This document shows, piece after piece, positions 10,335-20,700 of a stretch of DNA of 64,000 nucleotides. The DNA is taken from positions 3,104,001 to 3,168,000 of the forward strand of contig OZ244653.1 of assembly GCA_965218795.1 (NCBI GenBank), read 5' to 3'. Source of the DNA: a bacterium. Its GTDB lineage: Bacteria; UBA8248; JACPRG01; G963555815. The position numbers were made by a program, and so were the translations under genes. Each line of letters begins with the position of its first letter. Within the stretch, counting starts at the first letter, position 1. Under the pieces are notes generated by a model. That model did not search any database, had not been told where the DNA came from, and was given only the letters and a program-made list of their open reading frames with translations.

Positions 10335-12430
10335 TGGTCGAGGACCCGCCGCCAGAAACCCATAAGCTCTGGTGATTCACTCGATTGTTGGGCGGCGATC
10401 TGCTCCTGTAGCCTGCCGGCGAGATCGCGGAGGAACGGCCGAAACACGGCGTCGAACTCTCGCTTGGACAAGCAACCGTCGCTCGGCGCGTAGTCCACCT
10501 CGCGCAGTACGATGAGAAAGTCCGCGAGGGTCAGCAGTGCCTCATCCGCCTTACCGGCGCCAGTAGCAACTTCTCTGACCAGACGCTCTGCAAGGGCCTC
10601 GATGCCGATCATGCCCCGCAATCGCCATTCGAGCGCCTGCCGCCCCCAAACCGGGCGCTGAAGATTCGCGCGAAGCTGCGCCAGAATGCGTGCCCGCCGT
10701 CGAATGCGATGAAGGAAGGTTGCCTGCAAATCGTGGCGACGGAGCGGATCGAGGTCGATTGGGGTTGCTGAATCGAGGTCCGTGTCGAACCAATCGGATG
10801 GCTGTTGGCCGCGTGCCCAGGCCCGAAATGCGGCGCTCGGGTCCGCCGCCGCCAGGATCCAGAGCATGTCGTCAGCGGACATCTGCTCGAGCCGCGCCGG
10901 GGGCGGAAGGTGCCGCGCATCCTCCACATTCAGCGGCAGGAAAGCTTCGTGGCCATCCCACGAGACCAAGAGCCGATCAGGCGGCTGCGGCGGCGACCAC
11001 AGCAGCGTCACAACTGACTGGGAGCCGGTCGCCGCCCACGTCGACTCGGCCAGGAGCTCCCTCTCATCCCGACCGCATGCATGGATGCGCCACTCGGGCG
11101 GCAGATGCGCGGGATCAAGTCGCAGCACAATCTTTCGCTCGTCACCCGCTCGGTAGGTACCCGACACGAAACCAGCGGGTATCGACTGGGCGACTGCCTC
11201 CTCCTCTTCGTCATTTTCGGCCTTGCGGCCCATCCATTCTGCCGCTTCCAGGTCGGCGACCGTCTTCATCTCTGGCCATATAGCTTCTAGGCTGCCTGCC
11301 TCTCGCCTGTAAGCCACGCGCTGGACAACCGTCACGAGATTCGCCTCGGCGTTCCGGTGCGACGTGGCCCCCATCCCCGCACAGGTAAAGTTCGACGAAC
11401 CGATCATGAGAGCCGTATAGCTGTTTCCTCGCAAGGCGAGCATCTTTGCGTGCCAGGGTCGGTGGTTCTTGTCACCATCGAAATCCGGGAGGACCGCGAC
11501 GGTGACGTGCCCTCGATATTTGAGCGGAGTCGTCGTGATGGCCTTCGGCGCAGCCAGACGCGGGACGGCAGTCTCACCGTCATCGCTCGCGGCGGGCACG
11601 TAGAAGCGGATCTCACGAGTTCGGCCTCTTGCCATCAACTTGCAGAGCGCGGCGGCCACGCGACCACTATCGTCATCTACGTCGAAAAATGGTGAGGCAA
11701 CCCAGGCCTCATGCGGCGACCCACCACGCCGGTGGCACGCTGCAAACGCCTCGTCGAGGCTGCTGCGCGGGCCTCTCCCCGACCGGACCGTGGGCAGCGT
11801 GCAGGCGAACTGCTGGCGAACGACGGCTTTGCGCCGGGGACGTTCCCAGGCCTCAGCCTGTCGTTCCACTTGCGAGAGATAGTTTGACGCCCTCTGAACC
11901 TCAGGCGCGCCCTCCTGAGCACCTGGCACGAGGGCAAGCAGCTCGCGGAGGAAGGTGATTGCCTGCATCAGCAAATCTCCGTCCGCTTCGGTGGGCGAAA
12001 GATCGACGGTTGCGGCAACCTCGTGGTTCGTCCGGTAGCCCCGCTCTGTGAGGTTCGCCGAGGCCACGATGATCCGGATGTAGTGACTCCAGGCGAGAAG
12101 ACTGAGCTTGGCGTGCTGCTTCCCGCCCCGGACACGCACCGGCAGCACGTCCCACCGGAGCGAGTGCTCCACACCGGCCTGCGTGTGGTCGACCATGACA
12201 CCAGCGTAGACGCCCCCGAGAAGGCTTTCGCGCTCGAGCAGGAACGCCAAGTCCTCTCGATCAGGTTCGGACTCGATCTCCAGGAAGCGGCCGAGGCACT
12301 GCTCGTCGAAGAGGCCAGGCGTGAACGTGTAGGTCGTCGCGAGGCAGCCGATGGGGTGGCCGGCATTCGGGGGCGGCCGCCACAGCTCGAGCATGACGCC
12401 GCTCCTGGTTCTTCGCTTGCTCTTACTCAT
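10325..12430 (-). CDS. Phospholipase D-like nuclease-fold protein with two HxK motifs (ZacB-like)
   Basis: QHAKL...IVASANLT and WHAKM...IGSSNFT motifs; N-terminal ATTYTF. Real start MSKSKRR at 12430 overlaps the previous stop (ATGA). Confidence 0.8.
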   Translation of the reverse strand: MSKSKRRTRSGVMLELWRPPPNAGHPIGCLATTYTFTPGLFDEQCLGRFLEIESEPDREDLAFLLERESLLGGVYAGVMVDHTQAGVEHSLRWDVLPVRVRGGKQHAKLSLLAWSHYIRIIVASANLTERGYRTNHEVAATVDLSPTEADGDLLMQAITFLRELLALVPGAQEGAPEVQRASNYLSQVERQAEAWERPRRKAVVRQQFACTLPTVRSGRGPRSSLDEAFAACHRRGGSPHEAWVASPFFDVDDDSGRVAAALCKLMARGRTREIRFYVPAASDDGETAVPRLAAPKAITTTPLKYRGHVTVAVLPDFDGDKNHRPWHAKMLALRGNSYTALMIGSSNFTCAGMGATSHRNAEANLVTVVQRVAYRREAGSLEAIWPEMKTVADLEAAEWMGRKAENDEEEEAVAQSIPAGFVSGTYRAGDERKIVLRLDPAHLPPEWRIHACGRDERELLAESTWAATGSQSVVTLLWSPPQPPDRLLVSWDGHEAFLPLNVEDARHLPPPARLEQMSADDMLWILAAADPSAAFRAWARGQQPSDWFDTDLDSATPIDLDPLRRHDLQATFLHRIRRRARILAQLRANLQRPVWGRQALEWRLRGMIGIEALAERLVREVATGAGKADEALLTLADFLIVLREVDYAPSDGCLSKREFDAVFRPFLRDLAGRLQEQIAAQQSSESPELMGFWRRVLDQCR

Positions 12431-13737
12431 GCCAGATCGTCCCGAAAACGGCGGATCGGCCAACCGCGATAGTTGTGCAGGTACCGTGCGGAGGCGATCT
12501 CGGGCTGCGGGATACGATACGCTTGGCGGATGTAGATGCGCTCGCCGCCGATGCGATCGAACCAGGACCGCTTGCCCTCCGCGGACTTCGCCCGCTGAAC
12601 CGCCTCGTGATGCACGCACAGCGCAAGCGCGCAGGTCTGCGCATCCATCGGCTCAGCCAGCTTGCCGAAGCGCTCGTCGAACTGATTCTGGAGCGAGAAG
12701 GCGGTGGACGTAATCTCCCCCAGCGCCCGATGTGCGGCTGCGAAACGCTCGTTGAGCCGATAGACGCTCGCTCGGAAGGCTTCCTTCCGGGCAATGTGGG
12801 GAACGACATATCCGCAGGCATCCGGCCCCACGGCTTCGGCCCGAAGCACGTCGAACGCGTCCTGAAGGCCCCGCGCGAAGCTCTCGTAGGTGCGGATTGC
12901 CTTTACGAGCGCGCCATACGCCGGCAAGTTTCGCTCCAGGTCGGCGTGGAGCGTCTCCTCCCGCAAGTCCTCGTCTCGGTATTTCGACTGAAGCCGCCAG
13001 AGTTCAGGAAGTGCGCCGAGTCGCTGGTCGTCAGAAGACATCAGCAGCTCGCGCAGCAGCCGCTTCTCTCTCATCCGCGCCGCCTTGGGAGCAAACGCCT
13101 GAGCCAACTCCCGCCACTCCGACGCGTTCCAATGCGGGTTGGTGCGCGGCGGGGCGTGGTTCAGACTCCGGCGAACGGCATCCGTCCATCGCGCCAAGAG
13201 GGTCTTGGCGCCAGCGACTCCCCCGGGCCCCTGCCCCCGTGCCCATGCGTCCGCCAAGCGCTCCGCATTCGGCCCAGGACCCAGATGGACGTCCAGCAAC
13301 CCGAGACGGACCGCGAGGGGTTTGTAGACCCCATGGAAGCCGAAGACACGAGGGGTCTTGAGGTAGCACCGGGCGTCGACGTATCCGTGCTGCGCGAGCG
13401 CTGTCCGGGTCACCCCGGTTCCCGGTACACCCCAGATCGACGTGTCGTCCGCCATCTCTCGTGTCAGCGCCCCGACAACGAGCCACTCCCAAACGAGGTA
13501 CGGCGAGGCGTCGCGATGGCGGGCGTCTCCTTCCAGGTTCTCTATCACGAGAGAGCCCACGGCCATCGCAGTCAAAAATCGGATCCGCTGCATGCGCTCG
13601 CGCACGGCCGGCACAAGCTGGACGGCTAGTTGATCGGCAATCTGGTAGAGACCGAGGGGGTCGAGGGAGCCTTCGCCGGTACCCGGTGGATCGTAGGTAG
13701 TGAGAAAAGGAAAAACTGCGGCCATTGTTTCAACCAT
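12427..13737 (-). CDS. Conserved hypothetical protein with N-terminal GSLDPLGL...LVPAVRERMQRIRF motif (DUF6361/ZacA-like)
   Basis: 436-aa intact ORF, first gene of the coupled operon. The DPLG / P..t...R.R(Y/F) pattern is typical of proteins encoded before PLD and helicase pairs. Confidence 0.65.
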   Translation of the reverse strand: MVETMAAVFPFLTTYDPPGTGEGSLDPLGLYQIADQLAVQLVPAVRERMQRIRFLTAMAVGSLVIENLEGDARHRDASPYLVWEWLVVGALTREMADDTSIWGVPGTGVTRTALAQHGYVDARCYLKTPRVFGFHGVYKPLAVRLGLLDVHLGPGPNAERLADAWARGQGPGGVAGAKTLLARWTDAVRRSLNHAPPRTNPHWNASEWRELAQAFAPKAARMREKRLLRELLMSSDDQRLGALPELWRLQSKYRDEDLREETLHADLERNLPAYGALVKAIRTYESFARGLQDAFDVLRAEAVGPDACGYVVPHIARKEAFRASVYRLNERFAAAHRALGEITSTAFSLQNQFDERFGKLAEPMDAQTCALALCVHHEAVQRAKSAEGKRSWFDRIGGERIYIRQAYRIPQPEIASARYLHNYRGWPIRRFRDDLA

Positions 13738-13742
13738 GTGAG

Positions 13743-13975
13743 TAAGGACGTTCTTTCCGGCCGTAAAATCCTATTATCCTATTGATATTATTGGATAATA
13801 CATATTTTTTCTACTCTCGTTCGGAACTCGACTTCTGTAGTCCGTAATCAAAATGAAAGCGGATTCGTAAAACCCCTGCCCATCTCGGCGAGTCCCTGTC
13901 GGACCATTGCACCTCCGTCCTCCAAAGTCCGACCCGCAACAGCTTGCTTACGGTTACGCTCCGGCACCCCGCAAC
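13743..13975. repeat. Copy 2 of the diverged direct repeat; overlaps the AT-rich promoter region of the three-gene operon
   Basis: See copy 1. Contains a GTCGGAC...GTCCGAC hairpin (13898-13933) whose loop position is occupied by ~115 bp of different sequence in copy 1. Confidence 0.85.
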
Positions 13976-14059
13976 TCCTCGTCGCGCTGATCTCGACCGA
14001 AAATTAGATCGTGTCGCTGCCTTCTTTCAGTTTCCCCGTCATTGACGTCTTAATCGCCT

Positions 14060-14412
14060 GCTCCTTGGGCTCCGGAAATCTGAACACAGGGTTCTACCCG
14101 GCTCCCATAGCATCCTTTGCCAATAACTCCCGCTCTTCGCGAAGGTGACAGACCTCCCGACGAAGCCGACGCAACTCCTCGAGCTCGGCTGTCCTCAGAC
14201 CGTCCTCACGACGTCCCTCGTCGCGACCGGCTTGGCGCACCCAGTTGCGAATCGCCGAAACGGAGCACTCGAACTCGCGAGCCAACTCCCCGGGCGTGCG
14301 GCCCGCTCGGACCAACTCGACCATCTGTCGCCGGTACTCCAGCGCGTAAGCGGAATGTGTTTTCGGCATCTGAACACCTCCTACGTACAGTCTGAAGGTG
14401 TCCACCAAAACA
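14060..14412 (-). mobile_element. IS3-family remnant (orfA and left end)
   Basis: MPKTHSAYALEYRRQMVELVRAGRTPGELAREFECSVSAIRNWVRQ...EELRRLRRE is an HTH orfA, homologous to the copy at 27650. Confidence 0.8.
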
Positions 14413-14413
14413 G

Positions 14414-14680
14414 GCTGACCTGCCCCCCTAACGAGACTGACCTGCCCCCACGTTTAGTACCACACGTAAAGTTAGAGTCGTAGTTCTTTTGGTTGCCGGC
14501 GCGTTCCGCGCGACGTGTGCTGTGCGGAGCGGAACGCGCCTTGGCTGGGCATCAGGGTTTGCGGCGCTGGCGGTCTGTAGCCCAGCGCACTGTGCGGCCG
14601 GATGGTGTTGTAGTGGCGCCGCCATTGCTCGATCAGCACTTTTGCCTCCTTCAGTGTGTAGAAGAGGGACTTCGGAATAT
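14414..14680 (-). mobile_element. IS3-family (IS407-like) remnant: orfB C-terminus and duplicated terminal repeat
   Basis: FYTLKEAKVLIEQWRRHYNTIRPHSALGYRPP is the integrase-core C-terminus; CTGACCTGCCCCCC occurs twice at about 14415 and 14437. Confidence 0.75.
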
Positions 14681-14753
14681 GAGCCACTGTTAAAATATGG
14701 CGGCCGTCACACGGAGATACGGAGCGAACGGAAATATTCGGCGGTAGACTTCT

Positions 14754-17700
14754 TTATGCCATACCAGAAGACGCAATCGATCTGGCGCGCACTTGAAACC
14801 ATGAATCTATCGGCAAGACCTTGCCAATTTCATCGAGATGGTCTTGAAACACCTTCAAGCAATTGTTCGGCGGACTCGGTAAATGGATGGCGATATACGT
14901 CAATCTCTCCTCAATCCATTGGAACCATGTGTCATGAGCTTCATGCGCGGCGACGGCCTGTAAAATGAATTGAAAAAGTTTGTGAATCTCTTCTCCTTGG
15001 GTTACCTGCGGAGCCATCCTGACAGCAGCATCCGCAATGTCGTCGGCCAAGATAGTATCGCGGTTTGCCGCCGCGACAATACTCGCCGATGCCAAGCACT
15101 TCAGATTCGACTCGCTGACCTCGTGAGATAACTCTCTCACTGTCTTTCGAGCATGGTCCAGTTCCGGTTCTCCGACGGCAAAGAGCTGAGAAACTGTTAC
15201 GAGCGGCTGCAAAGGACACGTCTCTGGATCGTGAACATCTGCTTCTTCAAGTTTCTCGGATAGTTCTTGTGGAATGAGTTCCGTTGGCCGCCGATGACCC
15301 TCCAGGGGGCCCGGAAATTCCAACACGAGGATCTCTCCAGAATCGGTCGCTCGGGCCAATGCTTGATCCAGATCGTTCGATCGTGGCACCTGCCGTCCCT
15401 CGCTTTCATGTCGCCATCTGAGCAGACGAAGACGGCCGAGTATTTCATTCTTCAAAACCCGTGCTGTTATGCGGCTCGCAAAAAGCATCGGTTCATCTCT
15501 GGCATCCACTAGCCCGGCAAAATCGCCCGCCGCAGTCATATTGTCACGGAGCCACTCTTCTAGAGAGTCAGGATCAATTGAAATAGATGGCCGTGACAAT
15601 GCTCGAGCGATCATGCCAGCCTGCATCCATGCGCACATGCGCTTCCAGTAGCCAGGATATGTTGCTCCGTTCTCGATCAGGTTGATCCGATTCAACACAA
15701 AATCGAACAAGACCTGAAGCAGCATGTAGAGGTCGGGGCCATCCTGACGTCCGAACCTTTCGTTGGAAAGTGTTGTCACGGCCTCCGCTGCGAACTCTTC
15801 GAAACGCTCGTCATCCTGTCGATAGAGCGCAACGTCGAGAGCGCCAAGTAACGAGAAAGGGTTTTCTTTTGCATGACATGAAGCCAGTGCGTCCCAAACA
15901 ACATCGACGTGAACATCGGCTAGCCATTGACCGGGGGCGAGATCGTCGCGTAGTGCTCCCAGGAAGCAGATATCGAGCCCTGCTCGGATATTTCTCTGCA
16001 AAAGCTCCTGCCGGTAAGGAATAAGGATTTCTCGAAAATACAACTCAGGTTTGCGAGTATCCGGTGCGGGACCGCAAAATCTCTCAAAATACGAAATATC
16101 CTGTGGAACAATATCCGTAACGCCGATTGGCAAACCGTGATCCAATTTCTGGACCAAGCGGGATTGGACAGCCGCTACGCCGTTCGCTGACTCAGCGAAT
16201 ACGCTGGCAAGTTCCTGTTTGTTTAGTTCGCGAGAATCCAAGTCATTGGAGGAATAAAGGAATTCAGGGCCAGTTGCACCCATGCGGTCAGTGATACTGC
16301 GGAGCGAGTTGATTCGTGTTTGCTGACTAGGCGAAAGAATGGCCAATTCCCGAAGCGAAGCGTGTTGAGATGTACCCTCACTATCAGTCCATGTAACAAC
16401 AATGTTTTGGTTCGCCCGGTCGACGCTGATCGACACGTCCTTGCCCGAAGTATCTTGAATGGTCTTTTCAGCACCGTTAGCGAAAACCTCCCGGACGGCC
16501 TTCACTAACTTGCTTTCTGCCAATTTGATCTCGGGCCCTATTTCAAGAACTGATTCTGTCTTGAAACCGCAACGCTCAGAGAATTCGGGATTCTTCGATA
16601 TGACGACTTTGCGAGCAGAGGACGGCAATTGCTCGAGAAAGAGGTTTCCATAGACCTCGTGATGGTCCTCCAGAGCTGAAATCTTGTCGCACATCGTTGC
16701 AAGCGCTTTCTCGATTGTGTCCGCATTCGCTGGACGCAGGGGTTCGATGACGGACTGCTCGATCCAGTCAGCGAACTGGATGCGTCTCTCCTCAGACTGG
16801 ATTGTCATGGGCATGAGCAAATACCCTAAACGCAGAGATATCAGGTCTCTGACCCAGTCTGCACGATTGTCTGCTGCAATCTGCTCGCGTGCCAAAACTG
16901 CCGTCTTCATAAGATGATGCCAAACCCAGTCGGATAGCGCTCCTGCTTGTTCCACAGTGAAGGAAGCATCTTCCCACACGCGGTCGATTGCGGTTTTGCA
17001 AACACGGTCAAGGTTGGTGGACAGAGTCGCCGCCTCCTTCAGAGACGACAAGCCTAGAAAGTCAATGTTAGCCATTGTCTGGCGGAGAATTCTCAGCTCG
17101 GCGCTTTCCCTCATTCGACCATCGTCGACCCTCGCCGCCGTCAGCCAATGCATCAATTCGTCGGACTCGAGCGGGATGAACGCGAAACCGCTCCGTCGTA
17201 GCTTGTGTCGCGCTGTCCAATGGCCGGCAATGTCGATCACGCCTCGAGAAGAAAGATGACGGATCACGTCCAAGACGCAAGCTATGGGTACGTTTTGTCC
17301 GGTATCGTCGGTGATATTCGCATGACTGTTGATGTAGCGATCGTCAATACAGAGTGCGTCGCATGCAGGCGTGCCCGCCAACAGTGTTGCCGTCGCCTGG
17401 AACCGGGGTGCACGATTCTGAATTCGCTCGTCTCGATTAGCCGTACGAGGCAGAAACGATGCCGCGCCGTTGTCGACCGCATTTCGCAATAGTGTCCGGA
17501 TTCCTTCGATTTTTGTCCCAAGTTCATGTCCCACATCGCCCTCTTCGATGAACGCGTGAGCACGTTTCAACACGTTTGGATGGACTCGGATATTCAAGCC
17601 GGCAGCCGCCACAGGCTGCAAGATGTTGGCGTCTTGAAGGTACGAGAGAGCGAGGTTGTCGATGTAAACGGGGCCGTTGAAGCTCGATCGCCGCAGATTA

Positions 17701-20700
17701 GAGCACTCCTTTTGACCCTGGCTCTTCAAAAACATCGTTGCGCGCTGATAATCCTCTGTGTCGATCTTTCCTTCTTCGTGTAACAGGGTGCAAATATCCA
17801 TTGTCGACAGAATCAAGTGATCGTGAGCGCTTGTGTCCGCGAACTGTTCCATCAGCGATTCAGGTCTATGGATCGGTTGAACACAAACGACCATGCCCCC
17901 GTCGTGTTCGGCCATATGCAGAAGCATGGCCAGTTCAAGTCCCACCTCGTCAACCAAGGCGTCGGGAGGATGGATGAAGGAATTGGCTGCTTGAAGCTTC
18001 CCTGCGCTTTCAAGGACTCGTACCTCCTTGGCTGCGGCGATGCGAGAAGGCTGATGAAAGCGTGTTTCGTCCCGCTCTCGGAACAGAAACTCCATTATGT
18101 CGGGCGCTAGTTTGACATGATGAAACGCTTCGATCGTCTGTTCCAATAGATCGAGATAAGCAAGAACCATGACAGAAGTGACGTCTAAGCCGATCGTCCA
18201 ATTCTTCTGCAACTCGACCGGACTCCGTCCGCCGGAGATAATCGGGAGTATCACTCGCGGTCGACCATCCAGTCGGGCGGCATTTTGGTCAGGGATATGA
18301 AGAAGGAGACGGGCGAGAGAAACATTGAAAACACCCGCTGCCACGCTCATGGGGATTTCTCCACCAAGCCATTTCCGCTCTATCTCTTGCAGCAGGTCCC
18401 GGCGCTTTGGGAACAGATCGTTGACTGCATCTCTCAAATCCACAGGCCATATCGGCCCTTCATCTGTGGAGGAAAGCGCGGATGCTCGCATAAGCCACTT
18501 GGGGTCTGCTTCGCCATCCCGCCCGAGCTTGAAATGCAGCCAGTATGCGGCCGCCAGAATGCGAGGGTCATCCGGCGCCTTCTGTGCTGCCAGGCTTGCA
18601 AGTTCCAGTGCATGGTCCGGCTCCTGCCCCCTTTGACCGGAAAGACATGCCAATTGCATAAGTGTTTCCGCGTCATGCGAATCTCGCTTCGGCCATTCGC
18701 GGTCAATAATCGCGGACACACGTTCCCAATGTCCGGATGAAACGGCGATATAGACGTCCAAATGAAAATCGTCCTGATTTGACCTTCTTCTCAAAAGATC
18801 ATCGTTGATATCCTTTGCGTCCTGAAGCCGGCCCGACTGAAACAATGCCCACGCCTTTACCGCCTTCAGGTCATCGTTCTGTACGACAAGGTCACCGTTG
18901 GTCTCCAGAAACTCGATGACTGACTCGTGGTCAAAACAGGAAGGATCACCCAAACACCGGACGACATCCAACGCATTTTTGATGGTGGTCTCACAGTCGA
19001 ACAACTCAATAACCAAAGGCTGAAGCGCCGCGCGATCATCCACGGTCTTCAAATAGGAAATCAGGTTTTTTAGATCAATGAGTTGTCCTGTCTCGCGATA
19101 AAGGTGCTCAAGTTGCTCACGAGGATCACTCCCCTCATGGTCATCGATCATAACGGTCAGGCGATTCGAATCCCCTTCGCCAAGGTCAGCCGCATGCCCA
19201 GCGACCAGCGCGCGTGCCCTCTTTGTTTGCCCGTCCCTTACCAAGGCGTCAACATGCATGATTGTCAGAAAGGCTGGATGAAGGAGCTTGCTCAAGCGCG
19301 TCCGGTGTTGCTCCAGATACGTCACGAAATCACGAGGGCTAATGGATTGATTAAAAAGCAGACACTCTGCCAGAAGTTCACGCTCGTTGAGCCCGCCGAG
19401 CTGCTTTCTTCGAGCCAAATGCTGCGTTAGAGGTTCTGCGTCGAACTCGATGTCGAAAACATGAGCAAAGAGAATCAGGTTGACCGCGTGCGATCCGCTA
19501 TTCATGCGCTGGCTTATCTCTTGCTTGGTGGCAGTCGCGTTGCTCAAATTTGGGTCCATTAAACGAAGCCAAAGTTGCCAATCGGAAACAACATTCGTGA
19601 AATGCTGACCGGCGAAATCTGCAAAATTGTTAGTGACGTATTCAAAACAGATCGTAGCGCGAGCATGATGTTGCTCCACCTTCGCTCTCTGAATAACGTT
19701 TATGCCCGCATAAAGTGGAGCGTGATCAAGCACTTGGTTTCGGTACTCAAGGGGGAGTAGCATTGCCGAGTTGATGCTTCCTTCGACGAAGGCGAGAAAG
19801 GGGGCCTCGGACCAATACGTTTCGACCTTGATGAGTTGCCGGCATGTTTCCTCCCACTTACCTCGTTTAGCGGTGCAAATGGCCCAATTTCTCCAGCCGA
19901 AGCCTGTGAAGAAATCCGGATCATCGCGTGCTTCGTGTTGTTCATACCAGTCCAGTGCTGCAGACTCGCCCTGGGAATCAGCAAGTATGCTAAAGAATAC
20001 GGACCTTGAATCGGGATCATCCTTATCGCGAATAATGCGAAGGCCGTCATTGCTATTTCCCATGGTAGTAGCAAACAGGGCATCCAAAATGGATAAATCT
20101 CTCCGCGGATCGCTTTGTTCCAGCTCCTCTCGGAGTTCTCGTGCCGTTGCAAGCGTGTCTGTATCTACAGCAAGTAATCTGACTGCCCAGTACAAAATAT
20201 CTGCCTTGGTCTGATTACTAGCCGCAACGAGATCGCCACCGCGCGTACGGTTTAGAAGTATTTGGATATCGCTTCTCGATGCGGGAGGGTCGATTGCCCG
20301 GAGCCGAAGAACCTTGGATAGCTCGACGTCTGCCTCTTCCGTGTGGAATTTCTGTATGATTGGGTCAGGTGTGCCTTGTGGGAGAAGCGCCTCTAGACGA
20401 TCAAAACGAGCATCCATGCGCTTGAAGCCGGCCTGACTTATGCCGGTGGATGCGCGTTGATCAGAGGGTATCGACGCGATGTAGCCCGCAACGAGAACGG
20501 CGATCACGACGTTTATCGGTCCGGTTGCCAACTGATCGGCTTCCCCTGTTCGATCCGAATAGCTTTCAATAAGGCGGGTCCTTGCCTCCTCATTATCTTC
20601 AACACCCATCATTAGGTTTGTTGTAGCGAGCGTCTTGAAATCGGTCGCAACACGCTCTTCAGCAAGCCATTCCTGCAACGCCGGTTTCCTCAGGAAGTCG

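Noticed and set aside
7473-13737. DISARM, BREX or restriction-modification assignment
   Set aside because: No methyltransferase, DUF1998, PglZ or Brx genes adjacent.
6830-13975. Flanking repeats as a CRISPR array or integron attC sites
   Set aside because: Only two long diverged copies 6.9 kb apart; no regular spacers, no cas or intI gene, and no RYYYAAC...GTTRRRY pairing.
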